Assembly: GCA_977016875.1 (NCBI GenBank)
Contig: CDRNST010000215.1
Coordinates: forward strand, 2,480,001-2,544,000
Source: Pavona decussata
Lineage: Eukaryota
DNA length: 64,000 nt
Direction of reading: 5' to 3'
Of the stretch, positions 1 through 13,200 are shown in pieces. Under the pieces are notes generated by a model. That model saw only the letters and a list, made by a program, of their open reading frames with translations. It searched no databases and was not told where the DNA came from. How positions within the stretch are numbered: the stretch's first letter is position 1; every line of letters begins with the position of its first letter. A program made the position numbers and the translations under genes.

Positions 1-133
1 AAGACACTTCCTCGCTCATACCACGCAAGAAATCTCGCAAATTAGATCTCTCCAATATTAAACCCTTTTAACTTTTAATATCAAAGAAGAAATTCTCCTA
101 TCTTGTCCCCATACTTTTCTTACAAAAGTACCG

Positions 134-373
134 GGCCCGGTTGTTCGAAAGCCGATTAACGCTAATCCCTGATTAAAAGTTAACCGAGGTTTGTATCTCG
201 CTCGTTAAAAATGTTTTTAAAGGCTGATTTTTGGCTAAAGTCAAAGAAAATTCTAAGTCAAAACTGAAGGAGAAAAATCTTTTGGAAAAAAGCTTATTAA
301 CTAGTAATTAAACTCGAATCAAACTTCACGTTAACCCAGGATTAGCTTAATCGGGCTTTGAACAACTGGGCCC
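134..373. mobile_element. MITE, GGCCCGGTTGTTCRAA TIR family (PIF/Harbinger-like), inside an older repeat (about 61-512)
   Basis: TIRs GGCCCGGTTGTTCGAAAGCC and GGCTTTGAACAACTGGGCC; homologous to copies at 48187-48677. Confidence 0.75.
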
Positions 374-682
374 TGGAGATAAAATGTTAAAACATCAAAG
401 AAATTCACCTTAGGTAATCATATCCTTAATTCTCATGACCTCAGGGGTTGAATAAGCATTGATATTACAAGGAGAAATTTGATGCTGATCACTGTCAGGG
501 CTTAAAGGGTAAACAGAGTAGTCTGCTCTTATTATCTCTTTAGGGAGAATGCGACCTAGAAATTTACTTTACATTCAGCGGGTTCTCGTCACAGACATCT
601 CTCGTGATTATATAGGCTCCGCGGTAGCTTGCCGATCCGTCTGAACATGTTTACCTTTCTCTCGAAGGTGTCGTTTACACAA

Positions 683-914
683 TAGGGACCTTCAGATTTG
701 ACTACGAGTACGAGATTGAGTACGAGTACGACTTTCAAATTTCAAATCAGTAACACCTCCAAAACTCTCACTCTTTCCTGTTGTTTACCAGCAGATAGCA
801 AGACTCTAGAAACAAGATTGGTGTGACAAGCGGTTATCTAAACCACGCAAACTAAATTTGAAAAGTCGTACTCATACTCAATCCCGTACTCGTAGTCAAA
901 TCTGAAGGTCCCTA
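683..914. mobile_element. MITE with roughly 55-bp TIRs containing GAGTAC repeats
   Basis: TAGGGACCTTCAGATTTGACTACGAGTAC... and ...GTACTCGTAGTCAAATCTGAAGGTCCCTA. Confidence 0.85.
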
Positions 915-1248
915 ATGTCACTTTTGAAACAACAAGTCACAGACGTTTTGCAGTGTATTTCAGAACAACACCCCTCACAATGTCTTCTGTAAACTTATGG
1001 CAACGACGAGTGGCATCAACAAATTCAACTGGCGAAAAATCGCATGAAGACTCCGCCCAATGTAACCCCGCCAACGGCAACTTGTCTCGGAACGGCGCCA
1101 CTTTCAGCCGTTCAAAGGCAAACTGCGTTCATAAGCCGTTGCCGTGGACTCGCTCAAAATTGACCAACATATCAAGATACCAAATGCACATCCTCCTCCT
1201 TAACCCTCATGAAATTACACAATTTTCCAAAGAAAACACACAACATAC

Positions 1249-4200
1249 TTCCTTTCATCGTAAGGCTGACGGCACACACAGTACAGCTCTTCCTCCTCCA
1301 CCCCGCGGCGGGCCTGGGTACACTCGGCACAGGTCCACTCGTCCATACTTTGTGCGGCTTCTGGCGTGACCTGGACACAAAATCCGTGGAACCAGTTTGC
1401 ACACATATCGCAGCCAATGTAGAATCTAAGAAAACCCAAATGAACAAGAAACGTCAGACAAAATCTTCTAAATGCTAGTCGTAAGAATTCCTATTGTGTT
1501 GTTCCTTGTATACTTATACTTCCCTGGTTTAACTTCATACTTTCCTTAAAAATATTGGGCTTTTGAGAATCCCCACCCTCCCCTCCCATTAACTCCTCTA
1601 AATGTTCCAATGGCCTTGGTTGAGTATGGATATTTTCTGGGACCGTTGTTGAAAATCATGGTGAAAATAAGTTTATTTCACGAGGAGACATTGAATTAAA
1701 CTAAATTATTGCAACCATAAAACAATACTCCCGTGCATCTCATATCGATTATCACAAGTCTCCCAGCGCTCGATTCGAGACGTTTTAACTCAAAATAACA
1801 ACGTAACGACTGAATTAAGACTGCTCATTTTAGTGGCATATTGACCAAGATTAATACCGAAACAATAAGATTATTCGCCCTCGGTTTCTAAGCGGGATTC
1901 AGCCTGGACTATCACGCCCTCGAAATCTCAAGCTCATAATCTCATTGTTGATTTAACCATTCTGATTTCGTATTTGCAACAGACCACGTTGGATGACTAC
2001 TAAATCTTAACAGACCTTTGATGTGATAGTTAGAGATACACGCCGTTACCACTGCACTTTGTTGTTATTGTAAAGATACACGAAACTTGACAACGGAATC
2101 AAACAAACTGAGTAAACAGACAAAGCCTTACTGAGTTGGATTATAAGGCTTCTTGCAAATACAGAACAGCCGTTCATCTTCCACTTTTTTCTTCTTAGCC
2201 TTGGGCCCCTCTGGTGTACTGTGTGAGTTCCTTCTCTCCGAGTTCTCGCGCTTTCTTTTGTGCTTATTGCCAGATTGCAGCGCCATCATAAGGTCCCTCT
2301 CGAGAAGGTCCCTTTTTCGCACAATCTCCTTCTTAAGTGCCTCTTTTCGTTTTTGCAGCAACACTCCAAGTTTGTTCGCCTTCTGTTTCTCCAGCCTCAG
2401 AGCCTGGCTTTCTTCCTTGGCGCGCTTTTTCTCTTCTTTCTTGCGTTCAGCTTCTTCGTTGCGATCGATTTTGTCCAAGATGCAGTCCAGAACCTTTCTA
2501 CAGATGGCAACCCTTGTGGAGCAAAACAAATAAAAACCTCCTTCATTTTCTGAACTACAAAACAGCCCGCTTTGAGAAAGATGTTACGTTCGTCACGTCT
2601 CGGCCACAGACCTTCCACAGTTGTCGGCCGCTCTGACCACTGAATTACGAGGAGACTGGTACTAGGGGCGTTTTGCATTTGTCAGAACTGACCGCTGACC
2701 GGCCAGACTGGACAGCTCGCAAACGGGAAAGTACAAATTTGAAGACCTGGTTATATGGTAGTCCTTCAAATTTCTTCAGAATAGCGGGTAGCATTTTCGG
2801 AAATGTTCAAGTTTGGGAATTTTACAGAATATTGCCTTCAAAATGACCTATTCCATTAACCGACTGACCTAACAAATTGAAAGCGCCTTAGGTTCGTATT
2901 ATGGCCTGGCTTGTCACGATTTCCAATTAGCTCAGTGATCAGGTGTACGGAGAGTCATGTATTCAATTCCAGTCAGGTCGAATATTCTCTTTAATCCGCG
3001 CTCTTGACTTGATGACATCTTTCTCATTTCATTACTGAGCTTAAAATTGACTTGTGTTTATTATTATAAACATTTTCATTACTGACTGATTACATCTTCC
3101 ACAGATCGTGCGTATACTAGCATTTTCGTTCGCGGTCCTTTGCAATTTATTCACTTTAAACGTTGCCATTTATTGTTTAATCACCACACAGTCTGCCTTC
3201 TCTCTAGATCTTGTAATGAATAATCTACGCGAAACATCGTTGACCGCGAGGGTAGCTTGGGCGCCATCAGGCGAGACCGTGCGATTCGCAAGAAAATGAA
3301 TGGAAATGAATGCTGTGCCGCTAGCAACAATGACAAAGTGATGGATCAGAGAATCGACATTCATTGTATCCTACAGTCGGATTGGTTTTACTTACCTGTT
3401 CAAATCTTGTCTTGCCTCCATGGTCATATACTTCTTGTTATGCAGCACAGGCACGACCCCACCCCCCTTGCGGGATTTTGCCTTGCTAGCTTGTTTGACT
3501 TGTTCTTTAGATGAGTGTTTCATTCGAGAAGCAGTCATCGGATTGGCTCGGACAGGAGCTGGCTTGGGAGTAACTGTTGTGACAGGCCGCGTGACTGCAA
3601 CAAACGAGAGAACAGTTTTGTGACCGTTTGCAAAAAAAAAAAAAAAACTATGACACAAACTTTTTTTCTTGACCACACCACCTTAATGCTTTGGACTTAC
3701 CTGCCAGTCAGTAGTGAAACACCCTGTCCCTCCCCTCCCCCGCAAAGAATGGAGAGTACCGCTAGTATATCCTGCTAAAACCAATATACCCTACGCAAAA
3801 ATGGCTGACATTTTAATATTATTTTGTTTGCATTTAAAATTAGCCTCACTAACCTCGTTCTTGAGTTTAAAAATCAAAAGAATATTTCACCTTGAACGAG
3901 GCTAGTAAAGTTAATATGAATAGAAACAAAAGAATAATTAAATGTCAGCCATTTTTGCATAGGATCTATAGTGGTAACTCAGCAAAATTCTCGATTTACC
4001 AGTGTAACCAGGTGTTGTGGCAGCGACGGTAACACGTGAGATTTGACTTGCTGCTGTTGCTGCTGCTGCAGGAGCCGCGTAAACCCGCTGAGTCACTTGA
4101 GGCTTAGGCTGTAATCTCTGTACATACGGAGTCGGTGTGACGCCAGCAGTTATCGTGGTTCGCGGCGCAATTTGAGTTCGCATCTGCGCCGTTACAACCG

Positions 4201-7200
4201 CGGGTTGAATCCCTGGCAGCTTGGTGGGTACTGTGGGGCGTACAACAGGCAGCGTACGGCGTAATGCACCGAGGGGGACGGGTGCGGTAACAGTAGGCTT
4301 GTAAGTGACTGCAGGGTTGACTACAGCAGGCTTGTACACAGCAACTTTTCTTTGTTGAGTCTTGATAGCATTCTGAACCTTCTTTTTGTTCATCTTGAGT
4401 AAATTCTGTTGCTGCTGTCGCGCCTGTTGTTCTTGTTGTTTCCGCTGTAATGCAGCGGCGCGTAATTCTGCTGCTCGCTTCAATGCTTCCTCTTGTTCTT
4501 TCTTTTCTCGTTCCAGGGCCCTCTCCCGCTCAATCCGCTCGTGGTACTGACGGATCTCCCATAGTTCCAGTTTTGCCTAGTCAGAAAATAAAAGGTACTT
4601 CCCTTATTCACCGCTCTAGAAACTCTAAGGAGCCTGGAACGAGTCAGGGATTCTAGAATGTGATTTTTTTGGGGGGGGGAGGGGGGGGGGAGGGGGAGAG
4701 GGAGCGAGGAGGACGGAATTTTTAAAACGTAGAGGAAACATTGTTAATTATGAAACCGATCCAAGGGAAGTGGTCAAATCTACTATACTCGAACAGGACT
4801 CACCAGACCACAAAAGAGATGGTGGCCTCTGCCTGCTCACCTCCACCTCAAAAGATGGCTTCTTTATTGTATAGCCACCCCTCTATCCAGCAGTAAAAAA
4901 TAACAATGAGATTCAAATCTCACTTTTCTTGTTTATCTAGCAATGCTGACTCTTGTTAGCTGAATAGTTGTGTCAACTGAAATTTTAAAGCCAATAAAAT
5001 GTTTCCGGTAATGTTCATGAGATAGGTGGTGTCTTCGATAGATAACCTCCCTTCCCCAGACAAGGTGGATACTCTTCGAACAAACTTGTTATGACCAGTT
5101 TCTTAACAATCACCCCGAGAAGGCGCCGAAAAATTCATTTATTCATCGGTTATGAGGTATGACGATCCAGAATTTCTCACTTGTGCAAGTGTACCCACAG
5201 TTTCTGGAGTGGGGGGGGGGGGGGGGGGGGGGGACAAGACTATAACTTGTGGACAACATGCTAATCACCACCACTCCGCACTGAACAACAAAAGAATGTT
5301 CAGTTCAGACGAGTTGAAATTTAATTCACATTCAAGAAATACTTGAAATAAATCACAAAAACATGGCCGTTGCTACTGAAGAAAGATTTGACGAAGCCCA
5401 CAACGCCAAAAGCTGAGAAGTTGGAAAACCAACATGTGAACCGTGTGGGTGCTACAGGGAAAAATTTATCTGCGGAGTGCCCAGAGTAATTCTCAAAAAT
5501 TACTAGGCTGTTACTAGGCAACGACCTTCATAAATCGATCCAATAGAAACACAAACAAAAAGTAACAAGACGCTTTTGAGAGCGTTACGCGGGATGCTTG
5601 GGTCGATGTAAGCATTCACTTTGAATTGAATGGTTGATTACCTGTTGGAGTTGAGATGGTTGATTGCATAAAATGATGACTTTTTAGTAGTTAGTTATCA
5701 ATCGATTTTATTTTGAAATAACAGCAATCTGACAGACACCGGAAATTCTCGTGATTGTTACGAGCATCGATAACAAATCTTTTCGTCAGCGCTAATCATT
5801 CAGTAAGTTGTTTTCATTGCTTAGGTATCAGTTCGACAACAGCGTCACACACCAGTAATGACCTCTGGTCCAGTTTCCTTCGCTCTGGATTATTCGATCT
5901 GTTTGTCAAAGCGTAATTTCTTCGCTGTGAACTCTCCAATTTCCACCGTTTAAACTGTCCAGTACTACTTAGAAGTAGTACCAAGATACCAAGCCCAATT
6001 TTAGACACGGTCTGCCCTCAGGGCATCCCGCGTAACAGGCTTTACTTGGGAGATGTGTGACTTGAATTGTACTCAGCTTGATTGAACTAACTGGTATAGA
6101 GCTTTTTCATAAATGTTCTTTTCAAAATATCTTAATTAGCCTTACTAACCTCGTTGTAGAGTAAAAATTCTAAGGAATTTTACCCATGCTAACGAGGCTA
6201 GTAAGGCTAATTTCCATGAAAATAAAAGAACAATTTATCGGCTGCCATTTATGAAAAGGTCTAAAGACTATACATTCTCACTAAAGCTATGTCTACTCTT
6301 ACCCTGGGTACCAGAGGTTTTTCTCACGTGTGAAGAGGAGCTTTGTTGACCGAAGACACGAGCGGCGAAGCTGCGAGAAAAACCCTCTGGCGCAGAGCGC
6401 CTTGATTTACCGTGCTAGACAAGACCTTGACCTTGTCTCTAATCTGTTAATCAAATCGGCGGTTTTCTTACAGTGATCACATGCACAAGCGCAAAAAGCA
6501 CATGAAATGCCTCTCCAACGCAACTCTTTCATGTGCGATTCAATAAGCGCGTTCACCGGGCAAATAACTAAAATAATGGCTTTCTTCGGGTAAGTTGTAT
6601 ATCACATCGTATTGAGCGCACGGCATATGCTAGGTAGTAACTGGAACAGCAGTGATTTTCCATAGCCGGTCGGCAAGACCGCCAATATGTCTTTCCTTTG
6701 AATATAGATAATTTACGATGACCTCTCTTTGTTCTGCACTTTGAAGACTCGAAACCGGAAACCGTGCATGAAAAGCCTCTGGCACCCAGGGTAGTATACA
6801 CTATACCTGATAGCTCTTGTGCCGCCACCAAAAACAAATCGGACAGGACTTTTGTTGACACAAAACGCCGATTTCAGATCGATTTTTGTGCGGGAGCGAT
6901 GCTGCGCTGCTTCAGCCTTGAAAGCGAACCAACACATATCGGATAGGTTTTCGTGACACTATTATCTTGAGTTGCGTGAACAGAAAATCGAACCGAAACG
7001 GAGAAGCGAGGATTGGATTCTAGTGGAAATATGGCGGTGGTTTTGGGCCACTTCTGTTCACACCAGGCCGGAGTATTTTTCACAACGGCATAAAATACTA
7101 TCTAGCATAGTGTAGACATAGCATAAGAATCACAAGTGTAAAGCAGATTCTTACCTCAGGGTACCAAGCCTCAAACACTCGTGGTCCTGAAGGTGCAGAC

Positions 7201-10200
7201 CGTTCATCGTCCTCATCATCGGGTTGCAGCACCATCTTAGGCCTCAGTGTCCGGCCACGCTTGCTTTTCGTGGGTGCAGCGGGCCTTGGTGCTTCCACCA
7301 CCGGCTTAGTAAGTGTACGGATTACTTTGCGTACAAGGTACTTGCAACGGAGGCCATCAACGGAAACGAATTTTCTGTCTGTTATTTCTGTTGTCGTTGT
7401 GCCTTGATGAAAAGACAAAAGGGCAACAGTAAAAATCAATGACAGATAGCAAAGAAAAAGGATAAGGGCTCGTCTGTTTTTTAACCTTTACGTAAGTTCT
7501 CTTATATTCGTTCCTTACTCGCCGTATGCAAGCAGTTGATACATCATCTAACGCCCGTGAATTTGTGTAAAGTAAGCAAAATCATGTGCAAACTACACAC
7601 GTACAACAACGCTTCCACCAAAATCATTCATTGACAACGCCATAATCTTCCTATTCACAAAGCGCCCACAGCAACTGTGTGAACCTCACTATGATCTCAA
7701 AACTATCATTCAGGTGATCGGTACGAACGACTTGCTGTACCGGAATCGGATTTTCGGCAAAATAGAAATTAATAAAGCCCTAGCCCACAGGTTTCCATGA
7801 GCGTGAAAAGTGCGTCACCGACGTTCATGTGTCAACGGGCATAAATGCAAGGGCAAATAACTGAAAATGTATAACTGCTTACATTTGTGCAGGTCTTACT
7901 GCCGTACAAACTAATTTATACTAGCATAAATCTACATTTACACTACGCATAACCAGCCTTATGCAAATTACCTGAGCTAGTGTAGACCGTATTGCTGTTT
8001 CCACGCGGTGGCCTGACATTCATTTCATCCCATTTCAAACATGATTGCAGAACCCTTAGCTGCAATCCTGCACCAGCCAGCGTCTTCAAACTCTGTGTGC
8101 GAAATCGCCATGCAACCTTGAACGAAGGACGAGGGATTCCTGCCGGCCAGTTAACCCCGACTGCACGGGAACTATACACATATCCACTGACTTCCTTCAT
8201 CCCAGCCTTCCTTCCAAGCCTTTTGAGTTCGTGCTTTCTTAATGTAAATACACTTTTTACTGAATGACGCAGCGGCCATTTAGCAAGTCTTCGATTAAGC
8301 AGGGCACGAGGATCTTTGATGAGTGGCTCAAGGGATGGAAACTTCTCTTCTTTGATGGGTTTTGCCACCACCTTTGGTTTAACAACAATCTGAGTCTTCA
8401 CCTGGGCAGCCTGTTGCTGTGGCCGCTGCACAGTGATGGTGGCACCTGGTGTTGCTGTGCCAGCAGTCCTCTGAACAGTGGTAATTGGACGGTGTTGTAC
8501 AGCTGCGCCGGACACCTGCAATGTTATACTCTTAGGTACAGCTAGCCCCAATGGAGATCCTGCCTGCTGGGCAATAGCTGCCAGCTGTGAGCCCTGCAGG
8601 GTGATGGACCTGCCGTCTGGAGTCACCAGACGTATGAGCTGTGAAGGCCCAATGGTTGCACCAGATGCTGGAAGACTTGCAACTAAAGCAGCAATGCTCT
8701 TAACTGGGCCAACAGTGGACTGACCCACAGCTGTAGGCTGAGCGCTGACTCTTACTACATTTGATCCCTGTATGCCTGTGCTCTGAACAGGTGGTCTTGG
8801 TGATGGAAGTATGGGCTTAGGGCCTATTGGAACATACTGGGTCGTTTGTCCTTGAGGTCGAGTAGTAGCGGAAGCTTTCTGTGGATGAATGACTCTGACT
8901 GAAGTGTTCTGAACTGCAGGTGCTGCAGGTGAACTTTTGACAAGTGTCGTCTGAATGGACGGACAAACCATAGGAGATCCTCCTGTCACCCCACTCAGAG
9001 GACCTGTTTTGGCTACTCCAGGAACACCTGATACCACAGGCTGCATGCTTATGGAGGACGTTGAGGTAACTTTGGCTGCCAATACTGCGGCTGCTGTAGA
9101 CGCTGTAGGTACTGTAGATGGACTAGCAGTCATACTTACACCTTGTACTGGTCCTGATGGTAATGGAATTGACTGCTGTGATACTGACTGAGATGAAAGC
9201 ATTGCTGACACAGCAGTTGGTGGTGTACTGGACACACTAGTGGTTGTACCTGTTGAATGAGGACTTGCTGTCTTGTCAAGTGATAGCACTGTGGAAACTG
9301 CATGTAAGACATGAGCTGTAGAAGTCTGTGATGTTGTGTCAGGAACTGGCAAGCTTTCCTTAGACAGTTTGGAACTTCCTTCTTCCCTGACTACTACCTC
9401 AGTGTGAGACGTCTCAGATGTGCTTGTCTTTTCTGCTGGAAGTGACACCTGGGAGCAAGAGACTCCATCCATAGCAGAACTGCTCTTAAGTGTTGTTGCT
9501 CTGCTAGACTTCTCCATAGGAGATACCGAGACGACGTCAACATCCATAGGCTCGTCTTCCTGATTGCCGCTCTGCTTAGGATCTGCATTGACAGAAGCTT
9601 GTGAGACAGATGTTGTCACTGCAGTGCAGTCACTTGAGCTGCTTACTTCCACTGTGCTGTCCACTGACTTGGAATCTTGAGCTTCTGCTGTCAAACAACT
9701 GGTGCCCTCAGCTGCCCTTGATTCAACGTCACCTTCATTTACATCTGCTTCATTATCCTCACGCACACTTTCTTCAAGGGGTGGTTTACCCGCAGTATCT
9801 TCAGGAGTCACCGTTACTGTGCTCTGCTCATCACTGTAGTGATTTGCAGGTTTAGCTGTTAACTCGGCTGTCTGTGGTGCCTGTGACGATGAACTGGCAC
9901 TACTTTCTATTTTTTCATCCTTTGAAGCGGTTGTGCAAATGTCCTTTTCTGTAGCACTTGCATCAGCCTTTTCATCGTGGTTACAAAGGTTTTCTGAATA
10001 AAGATTGTCTGAACTACTCTTTGGCACAGTACAGTCGCCATCGTTTTCGACTGATGTAACATTATTTGAAAGTAGACTGCCATCTTTCATAACAACATCA
10101 TCATTACCCTTCATGCCTTCTTCCAAACCAGCCATTTGTTCAAAATGATTGTTGCTTTCCTTTTCAGTCTCAAGCAACACATCATCTAATTTTGGTTTAT

Positions 10201-13200
10201 TTTCTGTTGTCAAACTGCCACTCTCAACAGAACCTGTGAGTTGATTATCAAGTAAACCCTCCTTATTACTTGAAAGTTGTTCTTCCCTCAATTCTTGGTC
10301 ATTGTTCACAGTTAACTCCTCTACAGATTCAATTTCTTCCTCCTTTTCTTGAATTTGTCCATCCTTTGAGTCTAACGACTCCTCCGGCTTTAAACTTTCA
10401 AGTCCTCCTAAAATGTCAGAGTTTGCTACAACGTCCACACTACTTAGTGCTTTTGTTGATGCCTCATGTGAACCCTCATGAACAATATTTTCTTGGTCGT
10501 GATTTACCACATGCACATCAGATAGTTCTGTTAAATCTTCGTTTTGCTTCGATTCTTCACCATCAGTAGCTTTACAAAGTTGACTTTCTAAAGATGAAGG
10601 CTTTTCTTTTTGCCCCTCTTTGGTCAGGCCTGCCTCTGTTGTATTTTCACAGGCATTTTCACTGTCCTTCTTATCCATATCGTCCTCAGAGGCGACAATC
10701 TCTGACTCCTGGCTATGTGCTTGAGACCCTGAGAAATCATCAACATCTTCAACTTTGCAAGAAATATCTAGTATACCTGTATCTTGATGGCCATCAACTA
10801 GAGTTTCTTTTTCAGGGAGAGTAACAATTGAATTTGAAGACATCTGTGCCACTCTTGATTCCATTGATTTTACTGTTTCATCTTCTGCACATGATCCACC
10901 TGGAGTCATATTCATCAGGTCTGGCTTCTCAAAAATATCAGATTGGTCAGAGTCAAGAGATTTACAAACTGCACTTTGAGATTTCTGATCAGAAACATTC
11001 AAAGGCGAATCAGAAGAAAAAGGTTCTTGATCTTCAGAGGTTTCCTTGCCAGATGTCATTTCTGTGCTATCTTTTATACTGCTACCATCAATGGAAGTAT
11101 CTTTAGTTGGGCAATCAATGGAAACATCTTCTGTACATAACTTAGATATTTGATTATTGTCTCTGGTATTGACATCAGTGTAACTAGTCACAACTGGAAG
11201 TAGACTGTCACATTTTTTGATTACATCTGTAGTTTCACTAACGTCTGGACCTAAAGAGATGAGCTCTTTTTCAGAAGTGGTTTCTGAAGAGACCACTGAT
11301 GCCGATGAATCAAGCAAATCCACTGAGTCATTTACAGTTTCTGTAGTAGTTGAGACAGAGGATGCTACAGATTGTTCTGTCGATACACAGTCTGTTGATT
11401 TGCTATCCTCAGTTGATGATGTGGAATCCAAAGTTGACGCAGGTGTTGTCTCTGTAGCGGTTGGTACTGACGATGAAGAAAGAGGTGGACCTGCGCTAAC
11501 CGACTGCAAAAAGCACAAGTCTGGACCTGAAGAAGCCAAAGTATTATTTACAAGGGTTGCTTCAGAACTAGAAGACAAAGATACAGCAGAAGATGATGCA
11601 GTGACTAGTGAAGTGGATGAAGGTGCACTTGAAGAGACTTGGACAACAGATGAAGGAATTTCACCAGTGGAGGATGTTTCAGTTGGTAATATCTGAATGG
11701 ATGATGTCTTTGTTATTGAAGGAGGCTCTGAAACTGATGAGTTAGTGGAACTATCAGCAGTCATTTTAAGAGACGAGGAAACTGTCTTAGATAACAAATT
11801 TGTACTTGTAGACTCTGCTTGAGACGACAAAACAGGTACCACTGGACCTGGTTTAGAAGATGGAGGTTCTTCCAACACAGGCAAAGCCACTGACGAAATT
11901 GGTTGACTTGTTGTATGTGCAAGAGTGCATGATGGTGGCACTGATGAAGAAGATACTGGCACAGCAGAAGGAATCCCTGACAAAACTTGTGAATTTATTG
12001 TCTTTGTTGTCGAATGGACTGATGGCGACGACACATGCAAATTTGTTATTGTGGAATGGACTGATGGATTAACGGATGACTGAACAGAAGTAGCTGTACA
12101 ACTAAGAGTCTGTGGGACAAAATGAACAGGAGCTGAAGAGGCCGTGGATGTATTAGCAGTAGTTATCATCAACGTACTAGAATTTGAAGGACTTGAAGTG
12201 GAAGCTACTGCTGACGTCTGTGCAGATGACTGAGTTAACAATGTAGAAGTTGAACTTGGAGCAGTTTGAATAGCATTTTGCAATGCTGAAGAAGTTGATG
12301 AAGGTGCAACTAGAAGAGTTAAAGTATTCTGTACTGGTGTAGTAGTTGTGACTGCAGTGGTTGTTGTTGATTTAGTTTGAACTCCTTGTGGAGTTGCTGC
12401 ACTTTTCTCTTGTGGAAGAGATACCTTCTGAGAAGACGCCTGTTGTGCAGCTATTTTTGCAGCTTTATCTTGTTCCTTTTTCAACGCTTCTGCCTTTTTC
12501 TTCTCTCTTAAGGTAACAATCTTGTTAGTAGTGTCCAAAAGTTTGCGCTTTTTGTTGCCAAAAGTGTCCTTTTCATTTCGTGGACGTTTCCTTTTCCTGC
12601 ACTGCAGACCACTTGTCCACACCCACCCACCGCCGCCAAACAGCCTGTACTCCTCCCCTTTCTGTTTCCATACTTGGTGATGGGGCATCCATGTGTAATT
12701 CACTGTTAGGAAATATAAAAAAATAACAGAAAAGTAAATACACTTCAATTGCGAAAGTTTGACTTTATCAACAAAGTTGACAAGGTAATTTGGTCATACA
12801 TGTAAAGAGATTTGTGTGCTGACGTTTCTGGCATTAGCCCTTCATCAGAGCAAATTAAGGACAAACAAACCAAGGGCTAACACCAGACAGTGTGCGTCAC
12901 GACCCACAAAGGGTGCTGGGTAAAAATATGGAAATGCCTCATTTGCCTCTGGTCACGATCGAGTAAACATCTCCCGAACAGAAGACTTATGTCGATTTAC
13001 AGTCGCACTGAAACTGGGCATTCAAACTTTGCTTCCTTTTCCAAAATCTATCACTAAAGACAGCAATTTGGCAAATTTTAACGGTCTAGTGGCAGCCGTA
13101 GATGCTTTTTGTTGGATACACAAGGCAATTTCGTTGAGTTATTCCCAGTTCGGAGACAATCAAAGGCGAGAATTTTTTTTGTTTATTCTTATACTAGTAT

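Noticed and set aside
4671-5233. Poly-G tracts (4671-4700, 5211-5233) as G-quadruplex elements
   Set aside because: Such homopolymers recur across the window, often at repeat ends; no specific evidence of function.
7992-12072. Many plus-strand ORFs
   Set aside because: Antisense shadows of the large BPTF exon with no independent similarity.
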